This document shows positions 37,095-47,785 of a DNA stretch of 64,000 nucleotides, piece by piece. Source of the DNA: an uncultured Clostridia bacterium (GTDB lineage Bacteria > Bacillota > Clostridia > Christensenellales > Borkfalkiaceae); NCBI GenBank assembly GCA_947589385.1, contig CANPZW010000003.1:50878-114877 (forward strand), read 5' to 3'. A program made the translations under genes and the position numbers. Positions within the stretch are counted from its first letter, which is position 1, and each line of letters starts with the position of its first letter. The notes beneath the pieces were generated by a model. That model worked only from the letters and a program-made list of their open reading frames with translations, was not told the DNA's origin and made no database searches.

Positions 37095-39260
37095 TTAATT
37101 AGCCGCCTTTTTGACCTGCTTAATGGAAAGTCCTATTCTGTGTTTGGCTTTGTCTAATGAAATTATAACGGCTTTTACCTGCTGCCCCACCGCGAGGGCT
37201 TCCAAAGGATGCCTTATATATCTGTCGGTTATTTCGGAAATGTGGACAAGCCCGTCCTCGTGCACGCCTATATCTATGAACGCGCCGAAATCGATAACGT
37301 TTCTTACAGTGCCCTCGACTTCCATTCCCACCGATAAATCATCTATGCTTAAAATATCCTTCCTGAGTTTTCTTTGAGGCAAGCTGTCGCGTATATCCCT
37401 GCCGGGCTTTACAAGTTCGGCGATAATGTCGTTCATTGTGGCTTTGTCAAGCCCGCAATATTCGGCAGCCTTTTCCGCGCCGTATTTTTTTACCTTATCG
37501 GGCAGCTCGGAAAGTCTTCTCTCCTTTACATCCTCGTCCGTATAGCCGAACAGGGCAAGCAATTTTTCCGCTTTTTGGTATGATTCTGGATGAACGGCAG
37601 TGTTGTCGAGAATATTTTTTGCACCGGGGATACGGAGGAAACCCGCGCATTGCTCGTAGGCTTTTGGTCCGAGTTTTGAAACCTTTAAAAGCTGTTCGCG
37701 GGAAGTAAATTTTCCGTTTTCTTCACGGTAAGTAACGATATTTTTTGCAATTCCCGAGTTCAACCCCGCCACATATCTGAGAAGCGAAACGCTTGCCGTG
37801 TTCAAATCGACGCCGACGCTGTTTACGCAGTCTTCGAGAACGCCGCCCAAAGCGCTGTCCAGCCTTTTAGGGTCCATATCGTGCTGATACTGTCCAACGC
37901 CTATCGACTTGGGGTCGATTTTAATAAGCTCTGCAAGCGGGTCTTGAAGCCGCCGCGCGATTGATACGGCGGAACGCTGGGTTACGTCGAAATCGGGAAA
38001 TTCCTCTACCGCGATTTTGCTTGCCGAATAAACGCTTGCGCCCGCTTCGCTTACAACCGCGTAGCTAACCGAGCTGTCGCCTAATTCTTTCAGCAAATCG
38101 GCAACGAAAATTTCCGTTTCTTTGCTCGCCGTGCCGTTTCCTATTGAAATTATATCCACTTTATACTTTTCGATAAGGTTTTTAATGATTATTTTCGAGC
38201 CTTCGATATCGTTTTTAGGCGGAACGGGATAAATTACGGAAGTATCGAGGACTTTGCCCGTTTCGTCAACGACCGCGACCTTGCAACCCGTTCTGAAACC
38301 CGGGTCAAGCCCCAGCGTTACCTTTCCCTTTACGGGCGGCTGCAAAAGCAAGGGGCGCAGGTTAGCTTCGAACATTTTAACCGACTGTTCGCTTGCGCGG
38401 TCTGTAAGTACAGCCCTGACTTCCCGCTCTACCGAGGGCTCGATAAGCCTGTCGTAACCGTCGTCGGCAGCCTCTTCGATAAGCTTTTTGCAGTCGGGAT
38501 TGCCCGAGGGCTTTATATATTTTGCAACGCAAATGCGCTTTGCGATATCGGGGTTGAAGTAAATTTTGGCTTTAAGGCACTCCTCTTTTTCGCCCCTGTT
38601 TATCGCAAGCACTCGGTGATTTTTGATTTCGGGCAGAATTTCGGCGTAGTCGGCGTACATGGCATAGGTGCCTTTTTCGTCGTCCTTGACCATTTTGACC
38701 TGCATTTCGCCGTTCTTTTCAAGCATGGAACGCAGCTTTTTGCGGAGCTCTGCGTTGTCCGAAATTATCTCCGCAATAATGTCTTTCGCGCCGTTAATCG
38801 CTTCTTTTTCATCGGCAACTTCCTTTTCTACGTCTATGTATTTTTCGGCTTCTTTGTAGGGGTCTCCCTCCTGCGCGAGAATAAAATCGGCAAGCGGCTG
38901 CAAACCCTTGGCGATTGCGACGGAAGCCCTCGTCTTTTTCTTCTGCTTGTAGGGGCGGTAGATATCCTCGACTTCCGTCATAGTCTGCGCGGCGTCGATG
39001 GCAGCCTGAATTTCTCCCGTCATCTTGCCTTGCTCGGTAATCGAATTCGTAATCTCCTGCTTACGCTTATTGAGATTTTGCAGGTATTCGTACCTGTCGT
39101 TAAATTCGCGCAGAACCTGGTCGTCGATAGCGCCCGTCATTTCCTTTCTGTAACGGGCGATAAAGGGAATGGTGTTTCCCTCGTCCAATAATTTCAAAAT
39201 GTTTTCCGCATGGTCGGGTCTGAGGTTAAATTCCTCCGTCAGCTGTTGTTTGATGTCCAT
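37095..39260 (-). CDS. tex: Tex-like transcription accessory protein (S1 domain)
   Basis: N-terminal Tex domain (NTIPFIARYRKE), YqgF-like and HhH domains, C-terminal S1 (GAFIDIGVHEDGLVHISE). Confidence 0.92.
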   Translation of the reverse strand: MDIKQQLTEEFNLRPDHAENILKLLDEGNTIPFIARYRKEMTGAIDDQVLREFNDRYEYLQNLNKRKQEITNSITEQGKMTGEIQAAIDAAQTMTEVEDIYRPYKQKKKTRASVAIAKGLQPLADFILAQEGDPYKEAEKYIDVEKEVADEKEAINGAKDIIAEIISDNAELRKKLRSMLEKNGEMQVKMVKDDEKGTYAMYADYAEILPEIKNHRVLAINRGEKEECLKAKIYFNPDIAKRICVAKYIKPSGNPDCKKLIEEAADDGYDRLIEPSVEREVRAVLTDRASEQSVKMFEANLRPLLLQPPVKGKVTLGLDPGFRTGCKVAVVDETGKVLDTSVIYPVPPKNDIEGSKIIIKNLIEKYKVDIISIGNGTASKETEIFVADLLKELGDSSVSYAVVSEAGASVYSASKIAVEEFPDFDVTQRSAVSIARRLQDPLAELIKIDPKSIGVGQYQHDMDPKRLDSALGGVLEDCVNSVGVDLNTASVSLLRYVAGLNSGIAKNIVTYREENGKFTSREQLLKVSKLGPKAYEQCAGFLRIPGAKNILDNTAVHPESYQKAEKLLALFGYTDEDVKERRLSELPDKVKKYGAEKAAEYCGLDKATMNDIIAELVKPGRDIRDSLPQRKLRKDILSIDDLSVGMEVEGTVRNVIDFGAFIDIGVHEDGLVHISEITDRYIRHPLEALAVGQQVKAVIISLDKAKHRIGLSIKQVKKAAN

Positions 39261-39261
39261 T

Positions 39262-39930
39262 TTAACGTTTAATACCTTTTAAATAATTTTTTTCGTCGCC
39301 GGAAAGCCTGCGGCTTTCCAACGCCTTTTGAATTGCCTTGTTGTGAGTTCTTTTATCGAGCGAGTTTTCCATTAAATACCCCCTCGCCCGAGGGTAAAAT
39401 TTAACAAGCGTTTCGGCTATAAGCCATGCCGCCGCCATATGAACGTAGTATTTGGAAGTGTCGCACCTGTCAACTATCGCAAAAATAGTTTCAAGATACC
39501 TTTCCTCCATATAAAAGCGCAGCAACACAGTAAGCGCAAATCGCTGTTCAAACTCCCCGTCGCGTGCGGCGTATTCCCTTATGTACGGAAGAAATTCCTC
39601 TTTGCGGTCGGCAATGCATGCGGGCGAAAAGCAATCGCAAGCCGCCCAGTTGTCCATAAGTTTCACGCATTTATCGAGCCGCTTAATAAATTCGTCGTAG
39701 CCGAGCATGGAGACAGCCGTAAGTTTTATGAAAGTGATTTCGTAGTATTCGTCGGGAAAAGCCAAAAGTTCGTCAACGTTCGATACGTACTTTTTCGCTA
39801 ACTTCCTTAGAACGGGCACCCGTACTCCGAGGACGTTGATTTTGTCGTTTTTAAGAAGCTTTTTGTGAAAATCGCGGTAGTTTTCTTCCGCATAACTTTC
39901 AACTTCGGTTAAAAACCCGCGATAATCCAC
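39262..39930 (-). CDS. DNA alkylation repair protein (AlkD-like HEAT-repeat family)
   Basis: Family-typical N-terminus (YRDFHKKLL..LGVRVPVLRKLAKKY) and length of 222 aa. Confidence 0.78.
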   Translation of the reverse strand: MDYRGFLTEVESYAEENYRDFHKKLLKNDKINVLGVRVPVLRKLAKKYVSNVDELLAFPDEYYEITFIKLTAVSMLGYDEFIKRLDKCVKLMDNWAACDCFSPACIADRKEEFLPYIREYAARDGEFEQRFALTVLLRFYMEERYLETIFAIVDRCDTSKYYVHMAAAWLIAETLVKFYPRARGYLMENSLDKRTHNKAIQKALESRRLSGDEKNYLKGIKR

Positions 39931-40384
39931 GAAACCATTCCTCCTTTGAAAACCTTGTGTTGGCGGGGCTTGTTGACGGCAATTTTATGTACGGAACGGA
40001 AATATCCGAAAAATTATCCAAAAAAATTTCCTCCGCCTTACCGCCGTTTAAAATTATAAGCCGAACGTCGATTTTTTGCAACAGATTTTCAACGTCCGCG
40101 ACCTTAAAATTGCAAATTGTCGAATCCCGCGAGCCTTCAATTTCACATTCGGCGACGACGTCCCACAGCGCTACCTTGTTTTTCAAAAGGAATTGTTTTT
40201 TATCGTCAACAGTATGCGGCAGATTGTCACCGAAAAATTCCGCCAGCACGCGCCAAAATCTGTTTTGGCTGTTACCGTAGTAAAATTCGGTTTTTCGGCT
40301 CTTCACCGACGGAAAACTGCCTAAAACCAAAAGCCGCGCGTCCCGCCCGTAAAAGGGCGCGAACCCGTATTTTATTTCCGACAT
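39899..40384 (-). CDS. DNA-deoxyinosine (hypoxanthine) glycosylase, UDG superfamily
   Basis: LVLGSFPSVKSRKTEFYYGNSQNRFWRVL motif. Overlaps the downstream alkD-like gene by 32 nt. Confidence 0.75.
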   Translation of the reverse strand: MSEIKYGFAPFYGRDARLLVLGSFPSVKSRKTEFYYGNSQNRFWRVLAEFFGDNLPHTVDDKKQFLLKNKVALWDVVAECEIEGSRDSTICNFKVADVENLLQKIDVRLIILNGGKAEEIFLDNFSDISVPYIKLPSTSPANTRFSKEEWFRGLSRVFNRS

Positions 40385-40408
40385 ATCGATATCTCATTAA
40401 AAAGCTTA

Positions 40409-41641
40409 TTATAAAGGTTTGTCCGCCGCGCCTACAAGCGAAAGCGCTTTGCCCTTTTCGTCAAAGTTCAAATCAATCGCATCCATTACGTCGTCGTAAG
40501 TGACGGAAGATATCCTTTTTACCCTGTCTTCGAAGTTATATACGCGGTCTCTGTAAATAAGCTCCTTACCGAACAGAAGCATCTGCGAGCTGGTGCTCTC
40601 CTGCGAGAATATAGAGGACGAAATAAGCTGTTCCTTCCCGCGTTCGAATTCTTCACGCGTAATGTCCTTTTTCTTCAAATCGGAAATACAATTATAAATC
40701 GCTTCAACCGATTGAAGATATTTCGAGGCGTTTACGCCGGCATAAACCGACAGCGCGCCAGTTTCCTCGTAAGCAGTGACATACGAATAGACCGTATAAG
40801 CAAGCCCCAGCTTTTCGCGCACAGTCTGGAAAAGCCGCGACGACATACTCCCGCCGAGTACCGCGTTCATAATCTGCGTGGCGTCAAACATTTTATCGTA
40901 CCGTTTAACCGAGGGATAAGCAATACCAATGTGTACCTGTTCAATTTCTTTCTTTTTCAACAGCGATTTAGCTTTTAACTCGATTTCGACAGGTTTTCGG
41001 TCGCAACAGCGCCTGTTATGTGTGGCGAAGTACTTCGCAACCATATCTTCCGCAAGGTTTATATCGATGTTTCCCGCCATGGACACGACAATATTCTGCG
41101 GAGAATAATGCTTGTCCATATAATTTTTTATGTCGGCGACTGTAAATCCCTCTACATTTTTGCGCGGACCGAGAATGTTTCTGCCATAGCCGCTGTTGCC
41201 GAAATACGCGCTTGCGAGAAGGTCAAGGCAAAGGTCGTCGGGCGTATCCTCGTTCATGTTTATCTCTTCGACGATTACGCCCTTTTCCCTCTCCATTTCG
41301 TCCTCGGGGAAAGTGCTTTCAAGGAATAAGTCCGCAAGGACTTCAAACGCTTCTGCGGCGTGTCCCGTCGTCGATTTGGCATAGTAACAGGTTATATCCT
41401 TCGCGGTGAACGCGTTCACTTGCGCGCCAATCCTGTCCATATCGTCCGAAATCCCGAAAGCCGACCTCCTTTTCGTGCCTTTGAACATCATGTGCTCGAT
41501 AAAGTGCGAAATGCCGTCCTCGCCGTCGCTTTCCTGCGAAGCGCCGGTGTGCACGATAATTCCCATCGTCACCGACATAAGGGAATCCATTTTGTTTACC
41601 ACAAGTCTTAATCCGTTGTCAAATTGTTTAAAGTGTACCAT
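40409..41641 (-). CDS. M16-family zinc peptidase (YmxG/MlpA-like)
   Basis: HFIEHMMFKGT (HxxEH) motif. Length is 410 aa. Confidence 0.88.
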   Translation of the reverse strand: MVHFKQFDNGLRLVVNKMDSLMSVTMGIIVHTGASQESDGEDGISHFIEHMMFKGTKRRSAFGISDDMDRIGAQVNAFTAKDITCYYAKSTTGHAAEAFEVLADLFLESTFPEDEMEREKGVIVEEINMNEDTPDDLCLDLLASAYFGNSGYGRNILGPRKNVEGFTVADIKNYMDKHYSPQNIVVSMAGNIDINLAEDMVAKYFATHNRRCCDRKPVEIELKAKSLLKKKEIEQVHIGIAYPSVKRYDKMFDATQIMNAVLGGSMSSRLFQTVREKLGLAYTVYSYVTAYEETGALSVYAGVNASKYLQSVEAIYNCISDLKKKDITREEFERGKEQLISSSIFSQESTSSQMLLFGKELIYRDRVYNFEDRVKRISSVTYDDVMDAIDLNFDEKGKALSLVGAADKPL

Positions 41642-42345
41642 TATTCTCCTAAATTTTCAGAGACGGTAACGGCTTTAAGACCGCTGTCTCTTATGTAAGA
41701 AAGTATTTGCGGAAGCGCATTAACCGTCTGTTTTTTCGGGTGCATAAGGATAATTTCCCCCGCTTTTAAATTTAAAGTGGCGCGCCGCACGAGAAGGCTT
41801 ATATCGCTGTCCCGCCAATCAATCGTGTCCCTGCTCCACATTATTACCTTTAAATCAAGTGCCTCGCAAGCCGAAAGCGTACTCTCCGAAAAAGCGCCCG
41901 AAGGCGGTGCGAAAAGTGAAATTTTCTGCCCGCATATCATCTCCAAAAGCTTAATGCTCGGTCTGATTTCCTCTAAGTTCCCCTCATACGAAAGTTTTTC
42001 GTGGTCTTTATGGAAATAGCCGTGGCTGCCCAGCTCGTGTCCGCGCCTGAAAATCTCGCGCACGCAGTCTATATTGTCGTCCGCCCAGCTTCCGCCTATA
42101 AAAAAGGTCGCTTTTGCGCCGTATTCGTCCAACAAATCCAAAATTTCGAGAACTTGCCCCGTGCCTTCGTAAACGTTGAACGTCAAGCTGACGCCCCCCC
42201 CGTTCTCGTTGCCGCCGTAAAATAGATTGTCGCCTTTGTATGATACCGCGGCGGCGCTTCCGCCCAAAAACCCGACAAGACTAACCGCCGCAATCACAAC
42301 CGCAATCACAAGGTTGGTCGCCGCCGTCAAAGCTTTACCTTTCAA
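41641..42345 (-). CDS. Polysaccharide deacetylase (NodB domain, YlxY-like), N-terminal membrane anchor
   Basis: TFNVYEG..ATFFIGG..ELGSHGYFH NodB motifs. The ymxG-ylxY-type pairing occurs in Bacillus. Confidence 0.85.
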   Translation of the reverse strand: MKGKALTAATNLVIAVVIAAVSLVGFLGGSAAAVSYKGDNLFYGGNENGGGVSLTFNVYEGTGQVLEILDLLDEYGAKATFFIGGSWADDNIDCVREIFRRGHELGSHGYFHKDHEKLSYEGNLEEIRPSIKLLEMICGQKISLFAPPSGAFSESTLSACEALDLKVIMWSRDTIDWRDSDISLLVRRATLNLKAGEIILMHPKKQTVNALPQILSYIRDSGLKAVTVSENLGE

Positions 42346-42405
42346 TAGTTTGCCCCTAAAAACAATTACTATTTATATAATATTAAGGTTCGGGCGGATT
42401 ATTGA

Positions 42406-44766
42406 CTATTTAAGCTTTATAAACGTTACTCCCGTTTCGCCTTCGCCGTATTTACCCGAGCGGAAGCTTTCCACGTTTTTATGTTTTTTTAAGTGTTCGG
42501 CAATGGCGCTTCTCAGTTTGCCCGTGCCTACGCCGTGTATGACCTTTATTTCTTCGAGGTTGTCCGTCACGGCTCTGTCTATAAAGTTATCCACCTCGTA
42601 CAGAGCCTCGCCTACGGTCAACCCAAGAACGTTAATTTCGAGAACGGGCTGCGCCGCGGGAATTTTTTTGACGATTTTTACCTTTGTAGTTTCGGGTTTT
42701 TCACCTTCGACGACCTGCAAATCCTTTAATTTCAGGTGCATCTTTATACTTCCGCACCGTACTTCGGCTTCGCCTTTCGCCCTGTTGAAACTTACCACCC
42801 GACCGACCGTTTCCATTTTTTTGACATAAACGGAAACACCGTCGCGTACATTTTCGGCAGTCGCCTCGACATATGAAGTGACTTTCGCGCTCTTCTCGCC
42901 GTCCTCTTCGAAAGCCGAATCCTTCAACTTGTTTTTAAGCGTCCTCGCATTTATCAAATCGGTTTCGTTTATATTTTCTTCTTCGAAAATCTTTTCTATT
43001 TCCGAAAGAAGTTCTTCCGCGCGCTCCGTGCGCTCGGCTATAATCCGCCTGCTTTCGCTTCGGGCGTTTTTTGCTATTTTTTCCCGTTCTTTGTTTAAAT
43101 CGTCCGTTAATTTATTGACTTCGACGATTTTTTTCTGCCATTCGGCGTTCATTTTTTCGGCTTCTTTAAGTTTAGCCTCCGCCGCAACTCGGCTATCTTC
43201 GGCGCGGCGGACGATATTTTCAAAGCTTCGCGCACCTTCGGAAAGAAATCCGACAGCGTCGTCCAGAATTTTTTCGTCCATGCCCAGCCTTCGGGCAATC
43301 GCTATGGCGTTGCTTGCGCCCGGAAGTCCGATTTTTATTCTGTAAAGCGGTTTTAACGTATTGGAATCAAATTCCATGCTCGCATTTTCGATTCCTTCAA
43401 CCGAATAAGCAAATTCTTTAAGCGGCGTAAAGTGCGTAGTTACTATCCCCCTGCAACCGCTCTCCAAAAGGCGTTTGACAACTGCTTTCGCAAGCGCCTG
43501 ACCTTCGTCGGGATTGGTTCCGCCGCCCAGCTCGTCCATTAAAACAAGACAGTTTTCCCCTACATTTTCCGTAATTTTTATAATATTGGAAAGGTGCGAC
43601 GAAAACGTCGAAAGACTTTCCTCTATGCTTTGGCTGTCCCCGATATCGCAGAAAATTTCGTTAAAGACAGCCACCGAGCTTCCCGAAGCCGCGGGAATAA
43701 ACAATCCGCACGCCGCCATAAGGCAGAAAAGTCCGCACATCTTCATTGTGACTGTTTTTCCGCCCGTATTTGCGCCGCTCAACAGCAGAAATCTGTAATC
43801 GGAGCCAAGTTCTATCGAAACGGGCACAACCGTATCCTTATCTATTAGCGGATGACGGCCTTTTATTATATTGATATAACCTCGGTTATTTACTTTGGGC
43901 TCGGCGCATTTCAAGCAATACCCAAATTCCGCGCCCGCAAACAACCCGTCGAGTTCGCGCAAAATCGAAATGTCGGATTTCAACGCTTCCGAACAAGCGC
44001 CGACCCGTGCGGAAAGCGACTTCAAAATAGCTTCGACCTCTTCCTTTTCGTCAATATTGAGAGCAATCAGTTCGTTATTCAGTTCCAGAACATATTCGGG
44101 TTCGATGAAGAACGTCGCGCCGGTCTTGGAACGGTCGTGTACAAATCCGCGCACGCGGCTCTTGTGCTCGGCCTTGACGGGGATAACGTATCTGTCGTTT
44201 CGTATCGTCACAATGGCGTCCTGCAAGTATTCGGCGTTTTTCCCCGTGACGTATTCCGACAGCTTTTCCCTGATTCTTTCGTTGAGATTTTTGATTTTAG
44301 ACCTTATGGAAAACAGTTTTTCGCTTGCATAATCGCTTACGGCTTCGTCGGATATGATTTTCTGCCCTATATCCTCTTCGAGCGAGGCGTCAAAATATAT
44401 GTTGTTCGCCAAAGACCTTATAAGTGAAATTTCGCCGTCCTCGATTTTGGCAATCGAAGAAAACGCTGTCCTTGCTGCGCGGATAAGCGCGGCGACTTCC
44501 AAAAGTTCGCCGCAGGAAAGTGTAGAACCCTTCGCGGCGCGGATAAGAACTTCCTCGTCCTCGGTAAATTGCTCTATTTTCCCCACCCCGTAGGTATAGA
44601 GAAGTTTGTCGCACTCCCGCGTGAGGGCAAGTCTGCGGCGAACCTCCTCCAAATCGGTCGAAGGCGTCCGGTCGAGAATAAGGCGTTTGCCGCCTTCCAG
44701 GACCGCGCAATCCGCTACCGAAGCGAGAATTTTATTAAGTTCAAGTTTTTCGATACTGTTTTGCAT
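42406..44766 (-). CDS. mutS2: Endonuclease MutS2 (Smr domain)
   Basis: GANTGGKT Walker A, long coiled coil, C-terminal Smr (IHGVGTGKLR). Confidence 0.95.
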   Translation of the reverse strand: MQNSIEKLELNKILASVADCAVLEGGKRLILDRTPSTDLEEVRRRLALTRECDKLLYTYGVGKIEQFTEDEEVLIRAAKGSTLSCGELLEVAALIRAARTAFSSIAKIEDGEISLIRSLANNIYFDASLEEDIGQKIISDEAVSDYASEKLFSIRSKIKNLNERIREKLSEYVTGKNAEYLQDAIVTIRNDRYVIPVKAEHKSRVRGFVHDRSKTGATFFIEPEYVLELNNELIALNIDEKEEVEAILKSLSARVGACSEALKSDISILRELDGLFAGAEFGYCLKCAEPKVNNRGYINIIKGRHPLIDKDTVVPVSIELGSDYRFLLLSGANTGGKTVTMKMCGLFCLMAACGLFIPAASGSSVAVFNEIFCDIGDSQSIEESLSTFSSHLSNIIKITENVGENCLVLMDELGGGTNPDEGQALAKAVVKRLLESGCRGIVTTHFTPLKEFAYSVEGIENASMEFDSNTLKPLYRIKIGLPGASNAIAIARRLGMDEKILDDAVGFLSEGARSFENIVRRAEDSRVAAEAKLKEAEKMNAEWQKKIVEVNKLTDDLNKEREKIAKNARSESRRIIAERTERAEELLSEIEKIFEEENINETDLINARTLKNKLKDSAFEEDGEKSAKVTSYVEATAENVRDGVSVYVKKMETVGRVVSFNRAKGEAEVRCGSIKMHLKLKDLQVVEGEKPETTKVKIVKKIPAAQPVLEINVLGLTVGEALYEVDNFIDRAVTDNLEEIKVIHGVGTGKLRSAIAEHLKKHKNVESFRSGKYGEGETGVTFIKLK

Positions 44767-44769
44767 AAT

Positions 44770-46977
44770 TCAAAGCACGGGCGAAACCGAGTGTCCGCGC
44801 GTATAATTTTTATAAAAAATCCGCTGTTTTTGTATGTCTTTGCATATTTCAACCGCCTTGCGCGCGTCTTGCAACGTCGTACAATCTATCAATGTGCCTG
44901 TAACGGACTTACCTACAAGATTTGCGCAATTATAGACTTCAAACCGACATTCGCCAGTTTTATAACGCGCTAATGTAAACCGCCGCCCCTCTTCGTCCGT
45001 CAAAGAGTATAAATGCCTTTTATCGCAGGAAGAACACCGTTTTTCGAACGGGCAGTAAATCAAGTCCATAACCTTTAATGAGCCCGACGACAGCGCGAAA
45101 GTTTTTTCCGTCGAAAGTTGCCTTTGCTCTGTTTCCGTCAGTTCTTTGGAAAGCGCAACGTATTCGGCAGGACATTCATTTAAATCCACGCGGTTGGAAA
45201 TATTCATTCCGCAACCCGCGAAAAGCGGCTTTTTTAGCTTTGCGCACAGCTTGACAGCCCAAACCCCGTCGCAATATACTCCGTCCGCCGGCGCGATTAA
45301 AGGCAAAACGCGTTCAATTTCTTCGCCCGACATAAAAGACGGCAAATACAGATATTTTTGCCCGGAAACATCTTTTTTAGTGAATTTTTCGGAAAGTTTT
45401 TCGTTCGGGTCGAAATAATCCCGCGGCTTTAAAACGATAATATCGGCGGAAATCCCATAAGCGTCGCCTACGATTGCCGCGATTTTGCCGTTTTCGGCTG
45501 TTTTCGGTCGAGGCAGAACATGATTTTTAACGACTTGCGCATTTTTGTTTTCCGATAAAATCCCGAAAATTCCGTCGTAAGCCTTTCTACGTAAACCGTT
45601 GAGAACGCTTTTGGGCAGAAAAACGCCGTCCGTATCAACTTCGCCGAAAACAATTTCAAAGGGATATTTGTCAACCCTTTTCAGACATTCCTCTATTTCT
45701 TCAACTTTCAAAGGGCTGTTTTTTGCATGTTCAAGCGGATTATCCCCGTAAAATTTATGTCCGTCAACCGAAATTTCCGCTCTTTCCCCCGCAAAAAACC
45801 GCGCGGAAACTTTCAACGTCAGCTTGCGTTCTTTATCCAAAAGACGTTTATTGGCGGCAGAGTCCGTGGTGACGAAAACCTTGTCGCCCGAACGTAGTGC
45901 GGCTTTCGAAGTAAAGGCAAACCCGCCCTCAGAATCGCCCGAAAAATCCGCGCCGCCCACTTCCTTGCCTTCGCGAAGAATTTTGAACGAATCGCCTTTT
46001 GAAAAACGCTGCCTGCTTATGCAGATAAATTTGCCGTTTTCGACCTTTATTACGCCGACAAACTCGCCTATATGACCCTGGACAGCGGAAGAAATAAAGT
46101 CTTTATCCTGCCCGAAAGCCAGCCCCGACGTATAATTCCCGCGGTTAAAAGTGCGTTTTAAATCGGAAAAATCTTCTTCCCCCGAACAACCGTTCAATAA
46201 ATTTTTATAGTACTTGACTGCCGCGGCGACGTATTCGGGGCGTCGCATGCGTCCTTCGATTTTAAACGAACTTACGCCAGCTTCTCTCAGAATTTCTATC
46301 TTCCTACCCACGCACAAATCGGCAAGGGAAAGCCTGTACGCGGGTTCTTCGAAACCTTTTCTGTCGATTGAATATTTTTTTCTGCAAGGCTGTTTGCACC
46401 TTCCCCTGTTGCCGCTGTTGCCGCCCGCAAACGACGAAAGATAACATTGCCCGGAAAAACAAGTGCAGAGCGCACCTTGAACAAAAACTTCGGTTTCGAT
46501 AATTTTCGAAATTTCCGCAATATCGGAAAGTTTGGTTTCACGGGATAGAATTACCCTGTCAAAACCGTAGTCTTTTGCAAGCTCGGCGCCGTATGCGTTG
46601 CATATCCCCGCCTGCGTGGAAAGATGAAGTTTAATTTGCGGATAACTGCGCTTTATAAATCTGCCGAGAAATATATCCGACAAAATTACAGCGTCGGCGC
46701 CAGCATTTTGCACATCTATTATAAGATTTAAAAATTTGTCGAGTTCGGCGTCCTTGACAAGGGTATTCATCGCAACATATACTTTTACGCCGAATAAGCG
46801 CGCCAAAGAAGAAATTTCTTTGAAATCCTCCGCGCCGAAATTCTCGGCGGACTTCCTTGCGGAAAATTCGGGTAGCCCCAAATATATGGCGTCCGCGCCC
46901 GAGTTTATAGCCGCCAACGCGCTGTTTTTACCGCCCGCAGGGGCTAATATTTCACACATAGTACTATGCAAATCCAA
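44770..46977 (-). CDS. Peptidase U32-family protein (long form)
   Basis: ILAPAGG..GADAIYLG N-terminus and the E..R..CC..C region typical of U32. Length is 735 aa. Confidence 0.88.
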   Translation of the reverse strand: MDLHSTMCEILAPAGGKNSALAAINSGADAIYLGLPEFSARKSAENFGAEDFKEISSLARLFGVKVYVAMNTLVKDAELDKFLNLIIDVQNAGADAVILSDIFLGRFIKRSYPQIKLHLSTQAGICNAYGAELAKDYGFDRVILSRETKLSDIAEISKIIETEVFVQGALCTCFSGQCYLSSFAGGNSGNRGRCKQPCRKKYSIDRKGFEEPAYRLSLADLCVGRKIEILREAGVSSFKIEGRMRRPEYVAAAVKYYKNLLNGCSGEEDFSDLKRTFNRGNYTSGLAFGQDKDFISSAVQGHIGEFVGVIKVENGKFICISRQRFSKGDSFKILREGKEVGGADFSGDSEGGFAFTSKAALRSGDKVFVTTDSAANKRLLDKERKLTLKVSARFFAGERAEISVDGHKFYGDNPLEHAKNSPLKVEEIEECLKRVDKYPFEIVFGEVDTDGVFLPKSVLNGLRRKAYDGIFGILSENKNAQVVKNHVLPRPKTAENGKIAAIVGDAYGISADIIVLKPRDYFDPNEKLSEKFTKKDVSGQKYLYLPSFMSGEEIERVLPLIAPADGVYCDGVWAVKLCAKLKKPLFAGCGMNISNRVDLNECPAEYVALSKELTETEQRQLSTEKTFALSSGSLKVMDLIYCPFEKRCSSCDKRHLYSLTDEEGRRFTLARYKTGECRFEVYNCANLVGKSVTGTLIDCTTLQDARKAVEICKDIQKQRIFYKNYTRGHSVSPVL

Positions 46978-47785
46978 ATTTTTTGATTATTTGCGCTACC
47001 GCGCCCTCATTATTCGAAGCCGAAACGAAATCCGCGGCAGCTTTCAATTCTTCCGCGGCGTTGCCTACCGCACAGCCAATGCCCGCCGCAAGAATCATAG
47101 GCAAATCGTTCAGATTATCCCCTACGGCAACGGTTTTTTCAATGGGGATGCCGTAATGTTCGGCTAAAAATTTAAGGGCTTCCCCTTTATTATCACCCAA
47201 AGGCGACACTTCTACAAGCACGGTTGCGCTGCAAGTTACGTCAAACCTGTCGCCCAGCCGACGGGAAAGTTCGTCATAGACCTTCTTACGTTCGTTTTCA
47301 GGGACCAGCGTAAGCACTTTTTGGCAGAAAAGTTTGTTTTCAGTAACAAACTCCGACATTTTTCGGTCGAGGTGAGTAGCTTTTACGCCTATTATCCGCT
47401 CGTAACGGCTTATGTAAACGTTATCCTCGGGATAATCGGTATAAATTTTATCGTCGCAATAAACGTTCACGCCCAGCCCGAGTTCTTCTATATTCTTGCA
47501 TATTTCAGCTACGGCATAATGGTCCATACCGCCGTTTCTTATGATTTTTCCCGTTTCGATATCGGCGATAACCGTCCCCTGATAGGCGATGACAAGCCCT
47601 TTTAAACCGAGAGAGCGCACCTGCGGAAGTATTGAATTCAACATTCTGCCCGTGCAAACGGCAAATATTCCGCCCGCGCGCACATAATCGTTTATCGCTT
47701 CCCTAACTTCGGGCAAAATTCTTTGATTATCGTCTATCAAAGTGCCGTCAAAGTCGGATACAATCAGTCCGCAATTTATTTTCAT
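46964..47785 (-). CDS. Cof-type HAD-IIB phosphatase
   Basis: DFDGTL motif I, GDNLNDLPM motif III. Confidence 0.88.
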   Translation of the reverse strand: MKINCGLIVSDFDGTLIDDNQRILPEVREAINDYVRAGGIFAVCTGRMLNSILPQVRSLGLKGLVIAYQGTVIADIETGKIIRNGGMDHYAVAEICKNIEELGLGVNVYCDDKIYTDYPEDNVYISRYERIIGVKATHLDRKMSEFVTENKLFCQKVLTLVPENERKKVYDELSRRLGDRFDVTCSATVLVEVSPLGDNKGEALKFLAEHYGIPIEKTVAVGDNLNDLPMILAAGIGCAVGNAAEELKAAADFVSASNNEGAVAQIIKKFGFA

